55,233 nt of DNA from a virus (lineage: Duplodnaviria > Heunggongvirae > Uroviricota > Caudoviricetes), in the IMG/VR virus record IMGVR_UViG_2537561945_000003, one strand, 5' to 3'. Below are positions 11,922 to 25,985 of this stretch, one piece after another (the first letter of the stretch is position 1; every line of letters begins with the position of its first letter). Both the position numbers and the translations under genes were made by a program. The notes below the pieces were generated by a model. It was not told where the DNA came from. It was given only the letters and a program-made list of their open reading frames with translations, and searched no databases.

Positions 11922-12562
11922 TTGTCGGTGTACCTCTCTCGTTTGCTCAGTTGTTCAGGAATATGGTGCAGCAGCTCGCCGTCGCCGCAGTAAATTGCGG
12001 CGTGATTCGGCACTGATGAACCAAAACAGCACAGCAGCACATCGCCCGGCTGTGCCGCTGACAACGGCACCTGATACAGCCCCGTCGCCTCCAGATTATC
12101 CAGATAGAGATTCTGGCCGTTACGCCACCAGTCATCCTCACGATAAAAGTCCGGCATCTCAATCCCCGCCAGATGATAAGCATCCCGGAACAGTGTGTAA
12201 CAGTCCGTCACACCGTGCTCAAAGCGCCGCCCGGTGAGATGCGGCACACAGCGGAACTTATGAATCGTCCCCCGGCAGACCAGCCACCACGGCAAATCAC
12301 TCTGCACCTGCAGCCGCCGGTCGGCCTCACTCAGCCAGGGCAGACCACCGGGGTGGCTGTGGACCAGCGCCACAATCTCACCCTGCATTTCTGCCTGCAG
12401 CCAGTCTTCCGGCGACATACGGAAATACGCCTCCGGCTCACCGGAGATATTCACGCAGGGAAAATATCTTTCCCCCTCCGGCGTGCTTACCACGAAGCCG
12501 CACGACTCCGCTGGCGCACATCGCCGGGCGTGCGCCAGAATCGCTGATTCTGTCTGTGTCAT
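11819..12562 (-). CDS. K: tail tip assembly protein K (MPN/JAMM plus NlpC/P60 domains)
   Basis: 247-aa ORF abutting L; HSHP motif and Cys/His NlpC-like region; lambda annotation uses an internal Met giving 199 aa. Confidence 0.85.
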   Translation of the reverse strand: MTQTESAILAHARRCAPAESCGFVVSTPEGERYFPCVNISGEPEAYFRMSPEDWLQAEMQGEIVALVHSHPGGLPWLSEADRRLQVQSDLPWWLVCRGTIHKFRCVPHLTGRRFEHGVTDCYTLFRDAYHLAGIEMPDFYREDDWWRNGQNLYLDNLEATGLYQVPLSAAQPGDVLLCCFGSSVPNHAAIYCGDGELLHHIPEQLSKRERYTDKWQRRTHSLWRHRAWRASAFTGIYNDLVAASTFV

Positions 12563-12567
12563 GGGAT

Positions 12568-13266
12568 TTACTGCGAAAGTTTGTTAATGGAAAGGAAGCT
12601 GCCAAAGTTGCCGACATTATTGCGAAACTTACAGCCACTCAGGCATTTGCTGCATTTATCCTTCGTGATATCGGACGTCGGCTGGTCATATTCATCCGCG
12701 ACCGCCGGACCGCTATAACCGCACTCATCGCCGCGATAGGTCCAGGTGCAGGTGTTGGCCAGCATGATACGTCCCGGAAAAACAGCGCCATCCGTTTCCG
12801 TCGGCGTGGACAGTACAAAGGAGGCACTCACCGCGCTCAGTTCGCTGCACTGCTCAATGCGCCAGCGGCTGATCACCTCCTGCTCCGGATCGGCGTAACT
12901 GTTTCCGTTGACGAAGTTCACCGCATCCAGAAAACGGGCGTAAACCTTACGCCGGACCACCGTTCCGCCGACCAGACTCTGCATATCTTCCGCCATCCCG
13001 GTGACCATACCGTACAGGTTAGAAACCGTCAGCGTGGGGCGCGTACTGGTGCCTTTGCCATTCAGTTCAAAACCGCTCCCCTGAATGGGATACGGCTGAT
13101 ACTGTCGCCCCTGCCAGGTGACCGGCTCACCTTTTTCGTTCTGCTCATTACAGAAAAAATAACGTTCTCCACCGACCTCTGTCAGGTCGATTTCCCAGAG
13201 CACCACGCTGGCCGACTGCTCCGCACGGGTGCATTCATTCAGTGTTTCCTGCCGGATATCCTGCAT
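12568..13266 (-). CDS. L: minor tail protein L
   Basis: 232 aa, lambda L length and order. Confidence 0.9.
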   Translation of the reverse strand: MQDIRQETLNECTRAEQSASVVLWEIDLTEVGGERYFFCNEQNEKGEPVTWQGRQYQPYPIQGSGFELNGKGTSTRPTLTVSNLYGMVTGMAEDMQSLVGGTVVRRKVYARFLDAVNFVNGNSYADPEQEVISRWRIEQCSELSAVSASFVLSTPTETDGAVFPGRIMLANTCTWTYRGDECGYSGPAVADEYDQPTSDITKDKCSKCLSGCKFRNNVGNFGSFLSINKLSQ

Positions 13267-13595
13267 CAGTTCACCACCTGTTCAAACTCTGCGCTGAACT
13301 CAACACGCAACATACTGACCCGCGACGACCATTTTGCGCAGGTCACCTTTATCTGCCGCCACTCATAAGGCGGCGTCCACAGAAAGGATTTCCAGCCCCC
13401 GTGCTCTTCCAGAAACGACTCCAGTACCGTGGCCTCCTCACGGGGGACAGAAAGCGTCACGCTGTACGTTTTCAGGTTGGCATTCAGCCCGGCAGGCGCT
13501 CGCTGAGAATAGCCATCACCAAAGCGCACCTTTCTTACAGAAGGGACCGAAGCCACATCCATACCGGGTTTCACTTTCCAGCGGAAGGTCTTCAT
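13266..13595 (-). CDS. M: minor tail protein M
   Basis: 109 aa, lambda M length and order. Confidence 0.9.
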   Translation of the reverse strand: MKTFRWKVKPGMDVASVPSVRKVRFGDGYSQRAPAGLNANLKTYSVTLSVPREEATVLESFLEEHGGWKSFLWTPPYEWRQIKVTCAKWSSRVSMLRVEFSAEFEQVVN

Positions 13596-16153
13596 CGTCC
13601 ACCTCCGGAGAACAGGCCACCATCACGCATCTGTGTCTGAATTTCATCACGGGCACCCTTGCGGGCCATGTCATACACCGCCTTCAGAGCAGCCGGACCT
13701 ATCTGCCCGTTCGTGCCGTCGTTGTTAATCACCACATGGTTATTCTGCTCAAACGTCCCGGACGCCTGCGACCGGCTGTCTGCCATGCTGCCCGGTGTAC
13801 CGACATAACCGCCGGTGGCATAGCCGCGCATCAGCCGGTAAAGATTCCCCACGCCAATCCGGCTGGTTGCCTCCTTCGTGAAGACAAATTCACCACGGTG
13901 AACAATCCCCGCTGGCTCATATTTGCCGCCGGTTCCCGTAAATCCTCCGGTTGCAAAATGGAATTTCGCCGCAGCGGCCTGAATGGCTGTACCGCCTGAC
14001 GCGGATGCGCCGCCACCAACAGCCCCGCCAATGGCGCTGCCGATACTCCCGACAATCCCCACCATTGCCTGCTTAAGCAGAATTTCTGTCATCATGGACA
14101 GCACGGAACGGGTGAAGCTGCGCCAGTTCTGCTCACTGCCGGTCAGCATCGCCGCCATATTCTGTGCAATACCATCAAAGGTCTGCGTGGCTGCACTTTT
14201 TACCTGCGACATACTGTCCGTGGCGCTCTCTTCCCACTCACTCCAGCCGGACTTCAGGCCTGCCATCCAGCTCCCGCGAAGCTGGTCTTCAGCCGCCCAG
14301 GTCTTTTTCTGCTCTGACATGACGTTATTCAGCGCCAGCGGATTATCGCCATACTGTTCCTTCAGGCGCTGTTCCGTGGCTTCCCGTTCTGCCTGCCGGT
14401 CAGTCAGCCCCCGGCTTTTCGCATCAATGGCGGCCCGTTTTGCCCGTTGCTGCTGTGCGAATTTATCCGCCTGCTGCGCCAGCGCGTTCAGGCGCTCCTG
14501 ATACGTAACCTTGTCGCCAAGTGCAGCCAGCTGGCGTTTGTACTCCAGCGTCTCATCTTTATGCGCCAGCAGGGATTTCTCCTGTGCAGACAGCTGGCGA
14601 CGTTGCGCCGCCTCCTCCAGTACCGCGAACTGACTCTCCGCCTTCCACAAATCCCGGCGCTGCTGGCTGATTTTCTCATTTGCTCCGGCATGCTTCTCCA
14701 GCGTCCGGAGTTCTGCCTGAAGCGTCAGCAGGGCAGCATGAGCACTGTCTTCCTGACGATCGCCCGCAGACACCTTCACGCCGGACTGTTTCGGCTTTTT
14801 CAGCGTCGCTTCATAATCCTTTTTCGCCGCCGCCATCAGCGTGTTGTAATCCGCCTGCAGGATTTTCCCGTCTTTCAGTGCCTTGTTCAGTTCTTCCTGA
14901 CGGGCGGTATATTTCTCCAGCGGCGTCTGCAGGCGTTCATAAGCCTTCTGCGCCTCTTCGGTATATTTCAGCCGTGACGCTTCGGTATCGCTCTGCTGCT
15001 GCGCATTTTTGTCCTGTTGACTCTGCTGCTCAGCCTTCTTTCGGGCGGCTTCAAGCGCAAGACGGGCCTTTTCACGATCATCCCAGTAACGCGCCCGCGC
15101 TTCATCGTTAACAAAATAATCATCCTTGCGCAGATTCCAGATATCGTCCGCTTTCTTAAACGCGGCCTCTGCCTTAATCAGCATCTCCTGCGCGGTATCA
15201 GGACGACCAATATCCAGCACCGCATCCCACATGGATTTGAATGCCCGTGCTGTCCTGTCTGCCCAGGTTTCCAGCGTGCCCATGTTCTCTTTCAGGCGGC
15301 GGGTCTGGTCATCAAACCCTTTCGTTGCGGCCTCGTTCGCCGCCTGCAATGCCCCGGCTTCATCGCCGGAACGCTGCAACTGAGCAACATACGCAATCTG
15401 CTCCGCCGTCACGTTATGGAACTGGCGTGCCATCGCCGTCAGCCCCGACGTCGGGTCTGTGGTCAGCTTCCCGAAGGCTTCAGCGACCTTGTCCACCTCC
15501 ACGCCGGATGCAGAGGAGAAACGCGCCACACTCTGGCTGATGGACGCAATCTGAGCCTCACCGCTTACCCCCGCCTTAACCAGTGCGCTGAGTGACTCGC
15601 TGGTCTGGTTAAACGTCAGCCCTGCCGCCTGCCCGGCTCTGGACAGGACCAGCATACGATCTGCCGTCAGTCCCGCCTGATTGCCGGAAAGGACCAGCGT
15701 TTTGTTGAAATCGGACAGGGTTGAGTTGCCCTGATACCAGGCATACGCCAGCGCTCCGGTCGCCACCGCCAGCGAGGTAGCCCCCACCATCGGCAGGGTG
15801 ATCGCACCGGCAAGCCCCCGGAACATGGGGATCATCCCGCCGAAGGAGTCCTTCACCTGACCCCCCTGTTGCAGCAGGATCAGCCACGGACTTTGCCCGC
15901 CTGCAAGCTGCGTGGCCACGTCGGTGAACTGTGCAGGCAGCATACGCATGGCGGCTTTATACTGCCCGACGGAAATCCCCGCTTTCTGTGCAGCCAGCGC
16001 CTGTCGGCTCAGCGACTGTTCAACGACTGCCGCTGTTTTTTTCGCATCAGTTTCCGTACCGGAAAAATGACGCCTGACTCTGGCCATCTGCTCGTCAAAT
16101 CTGGCCGCATCCAGACTTAAATCAACGACCAGATCGCCTACCGGTTCAGCCAT
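13592..16153 (-). CDS. H: tail tape measure protein H
   Basis: 853 aa, coiled-coil rich, same length as lambda H. Confidence 0.95.
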   Translation of the reverse strand: MAEPVGDLVVDLSLDAARFDEQMARVRRHFSGTETDAKKTAAVVEQSLSRQALAAQKAGISVGQYKAAMRMLPAQFTDVATQLAGGQSPWLILLQQGGQVKDSFGGMIPMFRGLAGAITLPMVGATSLAVATGALAYAWYQGNSTLSDFNKTLVLSGNQAGLTADRMLVLSRAGQAAGLTFNQTSESLSALVKAGVSGEAQIASISQSVARFSSASGVEVDKVAEAFGKLTTDPTSGLTAMARQFHNVTAEQIAYVAQLQRSGDEAGALQAANEAATKGFDDQTRRLKENMGTLETWADRTARAFKSMWDAVLDIGRPDTAQEMLIKAEAAFKKADDIWNLRKDDYFVNDEARARYWDDREKARLALEAARKKAEQQSQQDKNAQQQSDTEASRLKYTEEAQKAYERLQTPLEKYTARQEELNKALKDGKILQADYNTLMAAAKKDYEATLKKPKQSGVKVSAGDRQEDSAHAALLTLQAELRTLEKHAGANEKISQQRRDLWKAESQFAVLEEAAQRRQLSAQEKSLLAHKDETLEYKRQLAALGDKVTYQERLNALAQQADKFAQQQRAKRAAIDAKSRGLTDRQAEREATEQRLKEQYGDNPLALNNVMSEQKKTWAAEDQLRGSWMAGLKSGWSEWEESATDSMSQVKSAATQTFDGIAQNMAAMLTGSEQNWRSFTRSVLSMMTEILLKQAMVGIVGSIGSAIGGAVGGGASASGGTAIQAAAAKFHFATGGFTGTGGKYEPAGIVHRGEFVFTKEATSRIGVGNLYRLMRGYATGGYVGTPGSMADSRSQASGTFEQNNHVVINNDGTNGQIGPAALKAVYDMARKGARDEIQTQMRDGGLFSGGGR

Positions 16154-16580
16154 ACCGGACTCCTCCTGCGATCCCTTCTGATACTGTCATCAGCATTACG
16201 TCATCCTCCGTCATGTCCGCCACATCCGGGGAAGCGGGGATAACTTCATTCCCTTCCGGGCCAAAGCGGACGCCTCCGGCAAGCCCTGCCGCTTTCTGCA
16301 TCAGCACATCATCTTCAGGCTCTTCGTCAGCCTCACGCCGGTTCAGCAGACTGAAATCCAGCGGATGCATATCCGGATCGCTGAAAAACAGGCTGAGCAC
16401 GGTGTACGTCAGCCCGGAAAAGTGCATATCCAGCAGAACATCATGAAAATAATGGGTACTGTAAAAGCGGTGCCAGTCGGCATACTCCGTGGATGACATC
16501 CCGGCAAGCATGGCACGCCAGTCGGGTCGCCCCATCTCTCGCGCCAGTTTCAGGGCAAAACTCAGCTCACCATCGAACAC
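16146..16580 (-). CDS. T: T segment of tail assembly chaperone G-T (made by -1 frameshift from G)
   Basis: ORF in -1 frame relative to G, overlapping the G 3-prime end; slippery GGGAAAG just upstream of the G stop. Confidence 0.8.
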   Translation of the reverse strand: MFDGELSFALKLAREMGRPDWRAMLAGMSSTEYADWHRFYSTHYFHDVLLDMHFSGLTYTVLSLFFSDPDMHPLDFSLLNRREADEEPEDDVLMQKAAGLAGGVRFGPEGNEVIPASPDVADMTEDDVMLMTVSEGIAGGVRYG

Positions 16581-16984
16581 TTTCCCGCAGAAACAGGCTC
16601 TGCAGGCCCGGCGTCCTCTGTCTGTTCAGGAGCATCATTCACCACAAACTCATACATACCGGACAGCCGGTACACCACGTTTTCAGCATGAGAAATTGCC
16701 TCCGTGGGCCAGGTGGTAAGCACTTCCTGCTCAATCTGTTTAACGGCTTCATTCATGGAAGGCAGCTTTGTCTTCTTCGGATGGTTATGCCACAGGGACA
16801 TCGCCACCAGAAACGCGCCGGTTCTGATGGCGTCTTCCACAGTAAACTTCCGGTTGCTGTCTGACTCCGCCTGTTCTGCCTGCCGTTTCATCAGGGCGAG
16901 ATGCTCAATACGCTGCAGGGCTGACAGTTCAGAAAGCGTGACGGTCACACCGTTATGTTCAAATGATTCGGTTTTCAGGAACAT
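16562..16984 (-). CDS. G: tail assembly chaperone G
   Basis: 140 aa, lambda G length and position between V and H. Confidence 0.9.
   Translation of the reverse strand: MFLKTESFEHNGVTVTLSELSALQRIEHLALMKRQAEQAESDSNRKFTVEDAIRTGAFLVAMSLWHNHPKKTKLPSMNEAVKQIEQEVLTTWPTEAISHAENVVYRLSGMYEFVVNDAPEQTEDAGPAEPVSAGKCSMVS
16580..16586 (-). promoter_or_regulatory. programmed -1 ribosomal frameshift slippery heptamer GGGAAAG (G to G-T)
   Basis: forward CTTTCCC = minus-strand G GGA AAG in the G zero frame, 18 nt upstream of the G stop codon. Confidence 0.8.
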
Positions 16985-16999
16985 CTCTGACTCCCCGGA

Positions 17000-17740
17000 T
17001 TAACTGGCGGTGACGGTGATTTCTGCAACCGCAGCAAACTCACCATTACCGGATACAACCGGAATGTTGACCTTGCCTGCAGCAACGCCGTTCACGGTGA
17101 TGGTCATACCACTGACCGACACGGTGGCTTTTGTTTTATCCGCAGACACCGCACGAAAGCTCTTGTCGGTTACGCCCTCCGGCTGGAAGGCCACGGTCAG
17201 CGTGGTGCTCTGCCCTTTCACCACCGAGGTGCTGGCAGGCGTCACGGTCATGCCGGTTGCCGCTGTTACCGTGCTGCGATCTTCTGCCATCGACGGACGT
17301 CCCACATTGGTGACTTTCACCGTGCGGGTGATCACTTCCTTCGCCGTCACCGCCTTACCGATACTGCTGACCCAGCCACGGAACACATCGACCGTGCCGT
17401 TCGGGAAGCGGATTTTATAGGCACGGGTATCGCCTTCATTAAACCACGCCAGCAGCGCCTGCTGCCCCTGCTCTCCGGGCATCCACGCCAGCGTGAAGCT
17501 GGTATCTCCGGCAGATTTCTGCCCCTGCCCGGTCGCAGTCCAGTCTGCATCTTCATCATCGAGATAGCTGTCGTCATAGGACTCAGCGGTCAGTTCGCCG
17601 GGCGTCAGGTCTTTAACTTTTGCCAGACGCGACCAGTCAACGTCTGAAAGCGGATTCGCATAAGGGTCACCGCTCCCCTTATAAACCCACAGGGTGGTCC
17701 CGGCACCTTTCACCGGCATTGTAGGATTTGGTACAGGCAT
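17000..17740 (-). CDS. V: major tail tube protein V (C-terminal Ig-like domain)
   Basis: ORF 17000..17770; internal start [14 protein letters not shown] at 17740 gives 246 aa as in lambda V. Confidence 0.95.
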
Positions 17741-17747
17741 AGCGTCC

Positions 17748-18143
17748 TCACATTTCATAGGTAATGACATAAGTCAGATCGGCTGAACTCCACAGGCCCG
17801 CATCATCGTCGCGCCGGTAGTCATAGCCGCTGGCCACCATACTGGTGATCAAATCTGACAGTGCCGGGATATCGCTCATCACCGGATAAATCCGGGACTC
17901 CATCCACGCATCCAGCTCTGAATCCGGCACCTGAGCAGGCAGGAAAACTTCGATATGCAGCTCCGCCTGCCAGGTATCGCTGTCCAGCTCTTCGCCCGTG
18001 TATTCAGCGCCGGTGAGATAAACGGCAACTGCCGGAAAATCCGCCTCATCAAAAACAGCGGGGCGACCATCAAAAAACGTCGCCCCGGTGTCATGCTTCT
18101 CCAGTGCATCCAGTACGGCTGCACGGAGTTCAGTATGTTTCAT
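17748..18143 (-). CDS. U: tail terminator protein U
   Basis: 131 aa, lambda U length and order. Confidence 0.9.
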
Positions 18144-18718
18144 CGCTTTATTACCATCCTCAGTTGATGCTGCAGCGCATAGCCCAGCTCTTTCGGAAGA
18201 CGTTCACGCCGTATCCGCTCAATATTCTGTTTAAACGCCGTGGTCAGCGGCACCGCCATCGGGATTTTCACCACATCAATGGGGTAACGGTTTTTCCCGG
18301 CCACACGCTGCATGACATGCCACCGGCCATTTTTCAGTTGCTGAATAAACGCGCCGGGAATACGACGGTTACCCACCACAAGCACGCTGCCGCCACCTTT
18401 CAGGGATGAACGCTGCCCCTTTTTACGACGCCTGCGGCGCGAAAGGACAACCCGCGCATTACCCAGCTTGATTACGGGCAAATCCCCCCGGTTAACTTTG
18501 ATTCTGGCCTGCGGATTTTTGACCGTGGCCCTTTTCAGCCTGGCCCTTTCCTTTACCAGTTTCCGGCGTACCTTTGTCTCACGGGCAACTTGTGACGCCG
18601 ACTGCGATATCGCGGATGAAGCAACGCGGTTAATGGCCATTGCGGCGGCACCAGGCACCGCCGTTTTGCTGATACGGCTGAGGTTTTCAACGGCCTGCTC
18701 AAGACCTTTTATGGCCAT
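18140..18718 (-). CDS. Z: tail completion protein Z
   Basis: 192 aa, lambda Z length and order. Confidence 0.9.
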   Translation of the reverse strand: MAIKGLEQAVENLSRISKTAVPGAAAMAINRVASSAISQSASQVARETKVRRKLVKERARLKRATVKNPQARIKVNRGDLPVIKLGNARVVLSRRRRRKKGQRSSLKGGGSVLVVGNRRIPGAFIQQLKNGRWHVMQRVAGKNRYPIDVVKIPMAVPLTTAFKQNIERIRRERLPKELGYALQHQLRMVIKR

Positions 18719-18729
18719 ACATCCCCCTT

Positions 18730-19083
18730 TCAGCGGCGACGGTTAACGGCAGGCGGTACGCCCCGTCCAAGCCAGAGATGACAACTTCCGCCATCATCCG
18801 GCGAAACCCGATCTACCCAGAAATTTTCCTCACCGATGGTCAGCGTGTCTCCACGCCGCAGCTGCCGCACCTCATCAGTCCGGACAAACAGGGACGGGCT
18901 GGAGCCTTCAACGCGCACGCCCTGTCCGGCATAGCTGATATTTTCAGGGTCATCAAAAACACCACGTATCACCGCACCTGACTGCTCACCGGATGTCATG
19001 GTGGCTGACGTTCCCATGTACCCGCGTATCGTTTCATCGGCGCGGGCAATGGCAGCATCGAACAGGTTATCGAAATCAGCCAC
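18730..19083 (-). CDS. FII: head-tail connector protein FII
   Basis: 117 aa, lambda FII length and order. Confidence 0.9.
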   Translation of the reverse strand: MADFDNLFDAAIARADETIRGYMGTSATMTSGEQSGAVIRGVFDDPENISYAGQGVRVEGSSPSLFVRTDEVRQLRRGDTLTIGEENFWVDRVSPDDGGSCHLWLGRGVPPAVNRRR

Positions 19084-19094
19084 AGCGCCTCCCG

Positions 19095-19493
19095 TTATTG
19101 CATTCTGGCCAGGCCGCGCTCTGTCATTTCGGCTGCCACACCGGCAGAGACACGAAACGCCGTTCCCGGCAGCACAAATGCCACAGGTTCATCCCGCGTG
19201 GCGTGAAGTGCATCAGTATGCAGCTTCACCAGTGCCACGACCGTGACCAGTTCAGACGTATCCAGAATCACGGTATCCGGCTGCGCTGATCCCACCTCAT
19301 TTTCATGTCCGGTCAGCACATTTTCCCGGCTGAGAGGGGTGTCCTGACCGGCAGTTTCATCCGTGTCATCAAGCTCCTCTTCCAGCTCTGCCACACGGAG
19401 CGCCAGTTCTTCTTTCGTCCCCGTCAGGCTGACATCACGGTTCAGTTGTTCACCCAGCGAGCGGAGACGGGCAATCAGTTCATCTTTCGTCAT
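19095..19493 (-). CDS. FI: DNA packaging protein FI
   Basis: ORF 19095..19532; internal start MTKDELIARLRSLGEQ at 19493 gives 132 aa as in lambda FI. Confidence 0.9.
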   Translation of the reverse strand: MTKDELIARLRSLGEQLNRDVSLTGTKEELALRVAELEEELDDTDETAGQDTPLSRENVLTGHENEVGSAQPDTVILDTSELVTVVALVKLHTDALHATRDEPVAFVLPGTAFRVSAGVAAEMTERGLARMQ

Positions 19494-19534
19494 GGACTCC
19501 TCCACAGAGAAACAATGGCCCCGAAGGGCCATGA

Positions 19535-20560
19535 TTACGCCAGTTGTACGGACACGAACTCATCAGGGTCAGCCAGCAGCATCAGCGGTGCTGACTGAAT
19601 CATGGTGAACTCACGCGCCGGATCGCCGGTGGTCACCCAGTTTTTCGGGTAACGGGCAGAGGCGTTAATGCCTTCGCGCTGTGCGTCCGCATCCTGAATG
19701 CAGCCATAGGTGCGCAGACCGCGTGCCTGAGTGTTCCCCAGCACCATCGTGTTGTCCGGCAGGAAGTTCTTTTTGACGCCGTTTTCCACGTACTGTCCGG
19801 AATACACGACGATGGCCACATCGCCATACATCCCCTTATAGGACACCGCTTTGCCCAGGTCTTTCACCGCTGTCTCCAGCTCGGAATGAGAGCCACGACG
19901 GGTATCCAGCTTCTCCTTGACGGCTTTGAAGGAACGGAACAGCGCCCAGCCTTTCGGATCGAACACGATGATATTCACCACACCGCTGGCGTTCAGCGCG
20001 TAGGCTTCGATATCGTCGGTCGGGTCATACGTGGACTTGTCACGCTTGCTCCACTCCGTGCCGCCGGACTGCGTGATGTTATTCTCCTCACTGCGGCCCA
20101 TATCCACCTCAACCGGATCGAAGGCTTCACCGGTCATGGTGTATTTGCCCTTAAGCACGGCAGAAACTGCCTGCATCTCTTCGACCTGAGCAATGGCCAG
20201 CTCTTCGTCACGCATGTTCTGCATGATGATGCGACGGCGGCGGTAAGCCGGGTCCGCCAGATTCTGCGGATCTTCATCCGGCAGGCGACGCAGGGTCATC
20301 TGCGGATTCACTTCATGCTTCGGCTTGACATATCCCGGCGTAAATTCAGAGGTGGAGCCGCCACGGGAACGGATAACCTCACCGGAAACAATCGGCGAAA
20401 CGTACAGCGCCATGTTTACCAGTCCCGGAATTTGTGAGAGATAGACTTTCTCCGTGGTGAAGGGATAGCTCTCACGGAAAAAGAGACGCAGAAACAGCGG
20501 ATCAAACTTAAATTTCTGCTCATTTGCCGCCAGCAGTTGGGCGGTTGTGTACATCGACAT
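19535..20560 (-). CDS. E: major capsid protein E
   Basis: 341 aa, lambda E length; sequence MSMYTTAQLLAANEQKF. Confidence 0.95.
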   Translation of the reverse strand: MSMYTTAQLLAANEQKFKFDPLFLRLFFRESYPFTTEKVYLSQIPGLVNMALYVSPIVSGEVIRSRGGSTSEFTPGYVKPKHEVNPQMTLRRLPDEDPQNLADPAYRRRRIIMQNMRDEELAIAQVEEMQAVSAVLKGKYTMTGEAFDPVEVDMGRSEENNITQSGGTEWSKRDKSTYDPTDDIEAYALNASGVVNIIVFDPKGWALFRSFKAVKEKLDTRRGSHSELETAVKDLGKAVSYKGMYGDVAIVVYSGQYVENGVKKNFLPDNTMVLGNTQARGLRTYGCIQDADAQREGINASARYPKNWVTTGDPAREFTMIQSAPLMLLADPDEFVSVQLA

Positions 20561-20616
20561 AAAAAAATCCCGTAAAAAAAAGCCGCACAGGCGGCCTTTA
20601 GTGATGAAGGGTAAAG

Positions 20617-20949
20617 TTAAACGATGCTGATTGCCGTTCCGGCAAACGCGGTCCGTTTTTTCGTCTCGTCGCTGGCAGCCTCCGGCCAGAGCACATCCTC
20701 ATAACGGAACGTGCCGGACTTGTAGAACGTCAGCGTGGTGCTGGTCTGGTCAGCAGCAACCGCAAGAATGCCAACGGCAGCACCGTCGGTGGTGCCATCC
20801 CACGCAACCAGCTTACGGCTGGAGGTGTCCAGCATCAGCGGGGTCATTGCAGGCGCTTTCGCACTCAATCCGCCGGGCGCGGTTGCGGTATGAGCCGGGT
20901 CACTGTTGCCCAGCGGCTGGTAATGGGTAAAGGTTTCTTTGCTCGTCAT
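20617..20949 (-). CDS. D: head decoration protein D
   Basis: start [12 protein letters not shown] (third codon of ORF), 110 aa as in lambda D. Confidence 0.95.
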   Translation of the reverse strand: MTSKETFTHYQPLGNSDPAHTATAPGGLSAKAPAMTPLMLDTSSRKLVAWDGTTDGAAVGILAVAADQTSTTLTFYKSGTFRYEDVLWPEAASDETKKRTAFAGTAISIV

Positions 20950-20958
20950 AAACATCCC

Positions 20959-21354
20959 TTACACTGGTGTGTTCAGCAAATCGTTAACGGCATCAGATGC
21001 CGGGTTACCTGCAGCCAGCGGTGCCGGTGCCCCCTGCATCAGACGATCCAGCGCAGTGTCACTGCGCGCCTGTGCACTCTGTGGTGCTGCGGCCAGAATG
21101 CGGCGGGCCGTTTCCACGGTCATACCGGGGGTTTCTGCCAGCACGCGTGCCTGTTCTTCGCGTCCGTGAGCCTCCTCACAGTTGAGGATCCCCATAATGC
21201 GGCTGTTTTCTGCCGCAACCGCTGCGGTGATCTGCGCGTTCACGTCCGGCTGCGCCGCGCTGGCGTTTTCGCCCTCCGTCGCTGGCACCACGTCAGTAAC
21301 GTCAGCCTGCGAAGCAGTGGCTGAAACAGTTGTTGATTGAGTCTCTTTGGTCAT
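20959..21354 (-). CDS. nu3: capsid scaffolding protein Nu3 (in-frame within C 3-prime end)
   Basis: internal ATG at 21352-21354 in the C frame; 131 aa MTKETQSTTVSATASQ...LLNTPV. Confidence 0.85.
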   Translation of the reverse strand: MTKETQSTTVSATASQADVTDVVPATEGENASAAQPDVNAQITAAVAAENSRIMGILNCEEAHGREEQARVLAETPGMTVETARRILAAAPQSAQARSDTALDRLMQGAPAPLAAGNPASDAVNDLLNTPV

Positions 21355-22258
21355 TCGCCCTCCTGAGAGACGGGATTTACGTGCATCCAGTGCATCACGC
21401 ATGACGGTGATCGCATCGGTGCTGTTAACAAGTTCATCAGCCAGTCCGGCATCAATGGCCTCCTGACCGCTGTACACTGCAGCCTCGGTATCCAGCACAG
21501 CCTGCACGGACAGGCCGGTATATGCCGACACCTTCTGCGCAAACATCTGGCGGGTTGCGTCCATCCGGGACTGCAGTGTCTCCCGGACGTCATCCGGAAG
21601 ATGGCTGTAGGGGTTGCCATCCACCTTATGGCTGCCGCTGTAAATCAGAGTGATTTCCACACCCTGTTTCTCCAGCGCAGCACCGTAATTACTGTGAGCC
21701 ATCATGACGCCGATGGAGCCTGTCCGGGCGGTCTGCGTGACCAGACGCCGGGAGGCGGCACTGGCAAGCAGCTGACCTGCACTGCAGTTCATGTCGTTGG
21801 CCAGCGCCCATACCGGTTTTATGTCACGCACACGGGCGATGATGTCAGCGCAGTCAAATGCCCCCGCCACCATCCCGCCGGGCGTGTCCATATCGAGCAG
21901 AATGCCGTCCACCATCGGATCGCTGGCAGCCTGTTGCAGACGGGCGATAATGCCGTTGTAACCGGTCATCCCCGAGTACGGCTGCAGCGCCCGCGTCCGG
22001 CTGACCAGCGTGCCGGACACCGGCAGCACGGCGATGCCGTTCATGACCTGATAACTGCGGGCCTGTCGTGGTCCGTCATCATCACCGGATAATGCCAGCG
22101 TCGCGAGTGCCTCCTGGGCAGTCAGGCTGTCGCCGGACACCGCATCCATCAGGCGGCTGATCCCAAGCTGGCCTGCAAGCGCACAAAAGAAAACCCGCGC
22201 ATAGGCGGGTTCAAGCATCAGCGGCTCATTAAAAGCCATGCTGGCAATATGCGGGAGA

Positions 22259-22278
<20 letters not shown>
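20959..22278 (-). CDS. C: prohead protease C
   Basis: six-frame ORF runs to 22413, but GTG at 22276-22278 gives VTAELRNLPHIASMAFNEPLML (439 aa) and overlaps the portal stop by about 20 nt as in lambda. Confidence 0.9.

Positions 22279-25959
<3,681 letters not shown>

Positions 25960-25985
<26 letters not shown>

Noticed and set aside
13983-15595. Multiple 140-190 aa plus-strand ORFs
   Set aside because: All are antisense to the tape-measure gene H; Arg/Leu/Cys-rich noise frames.
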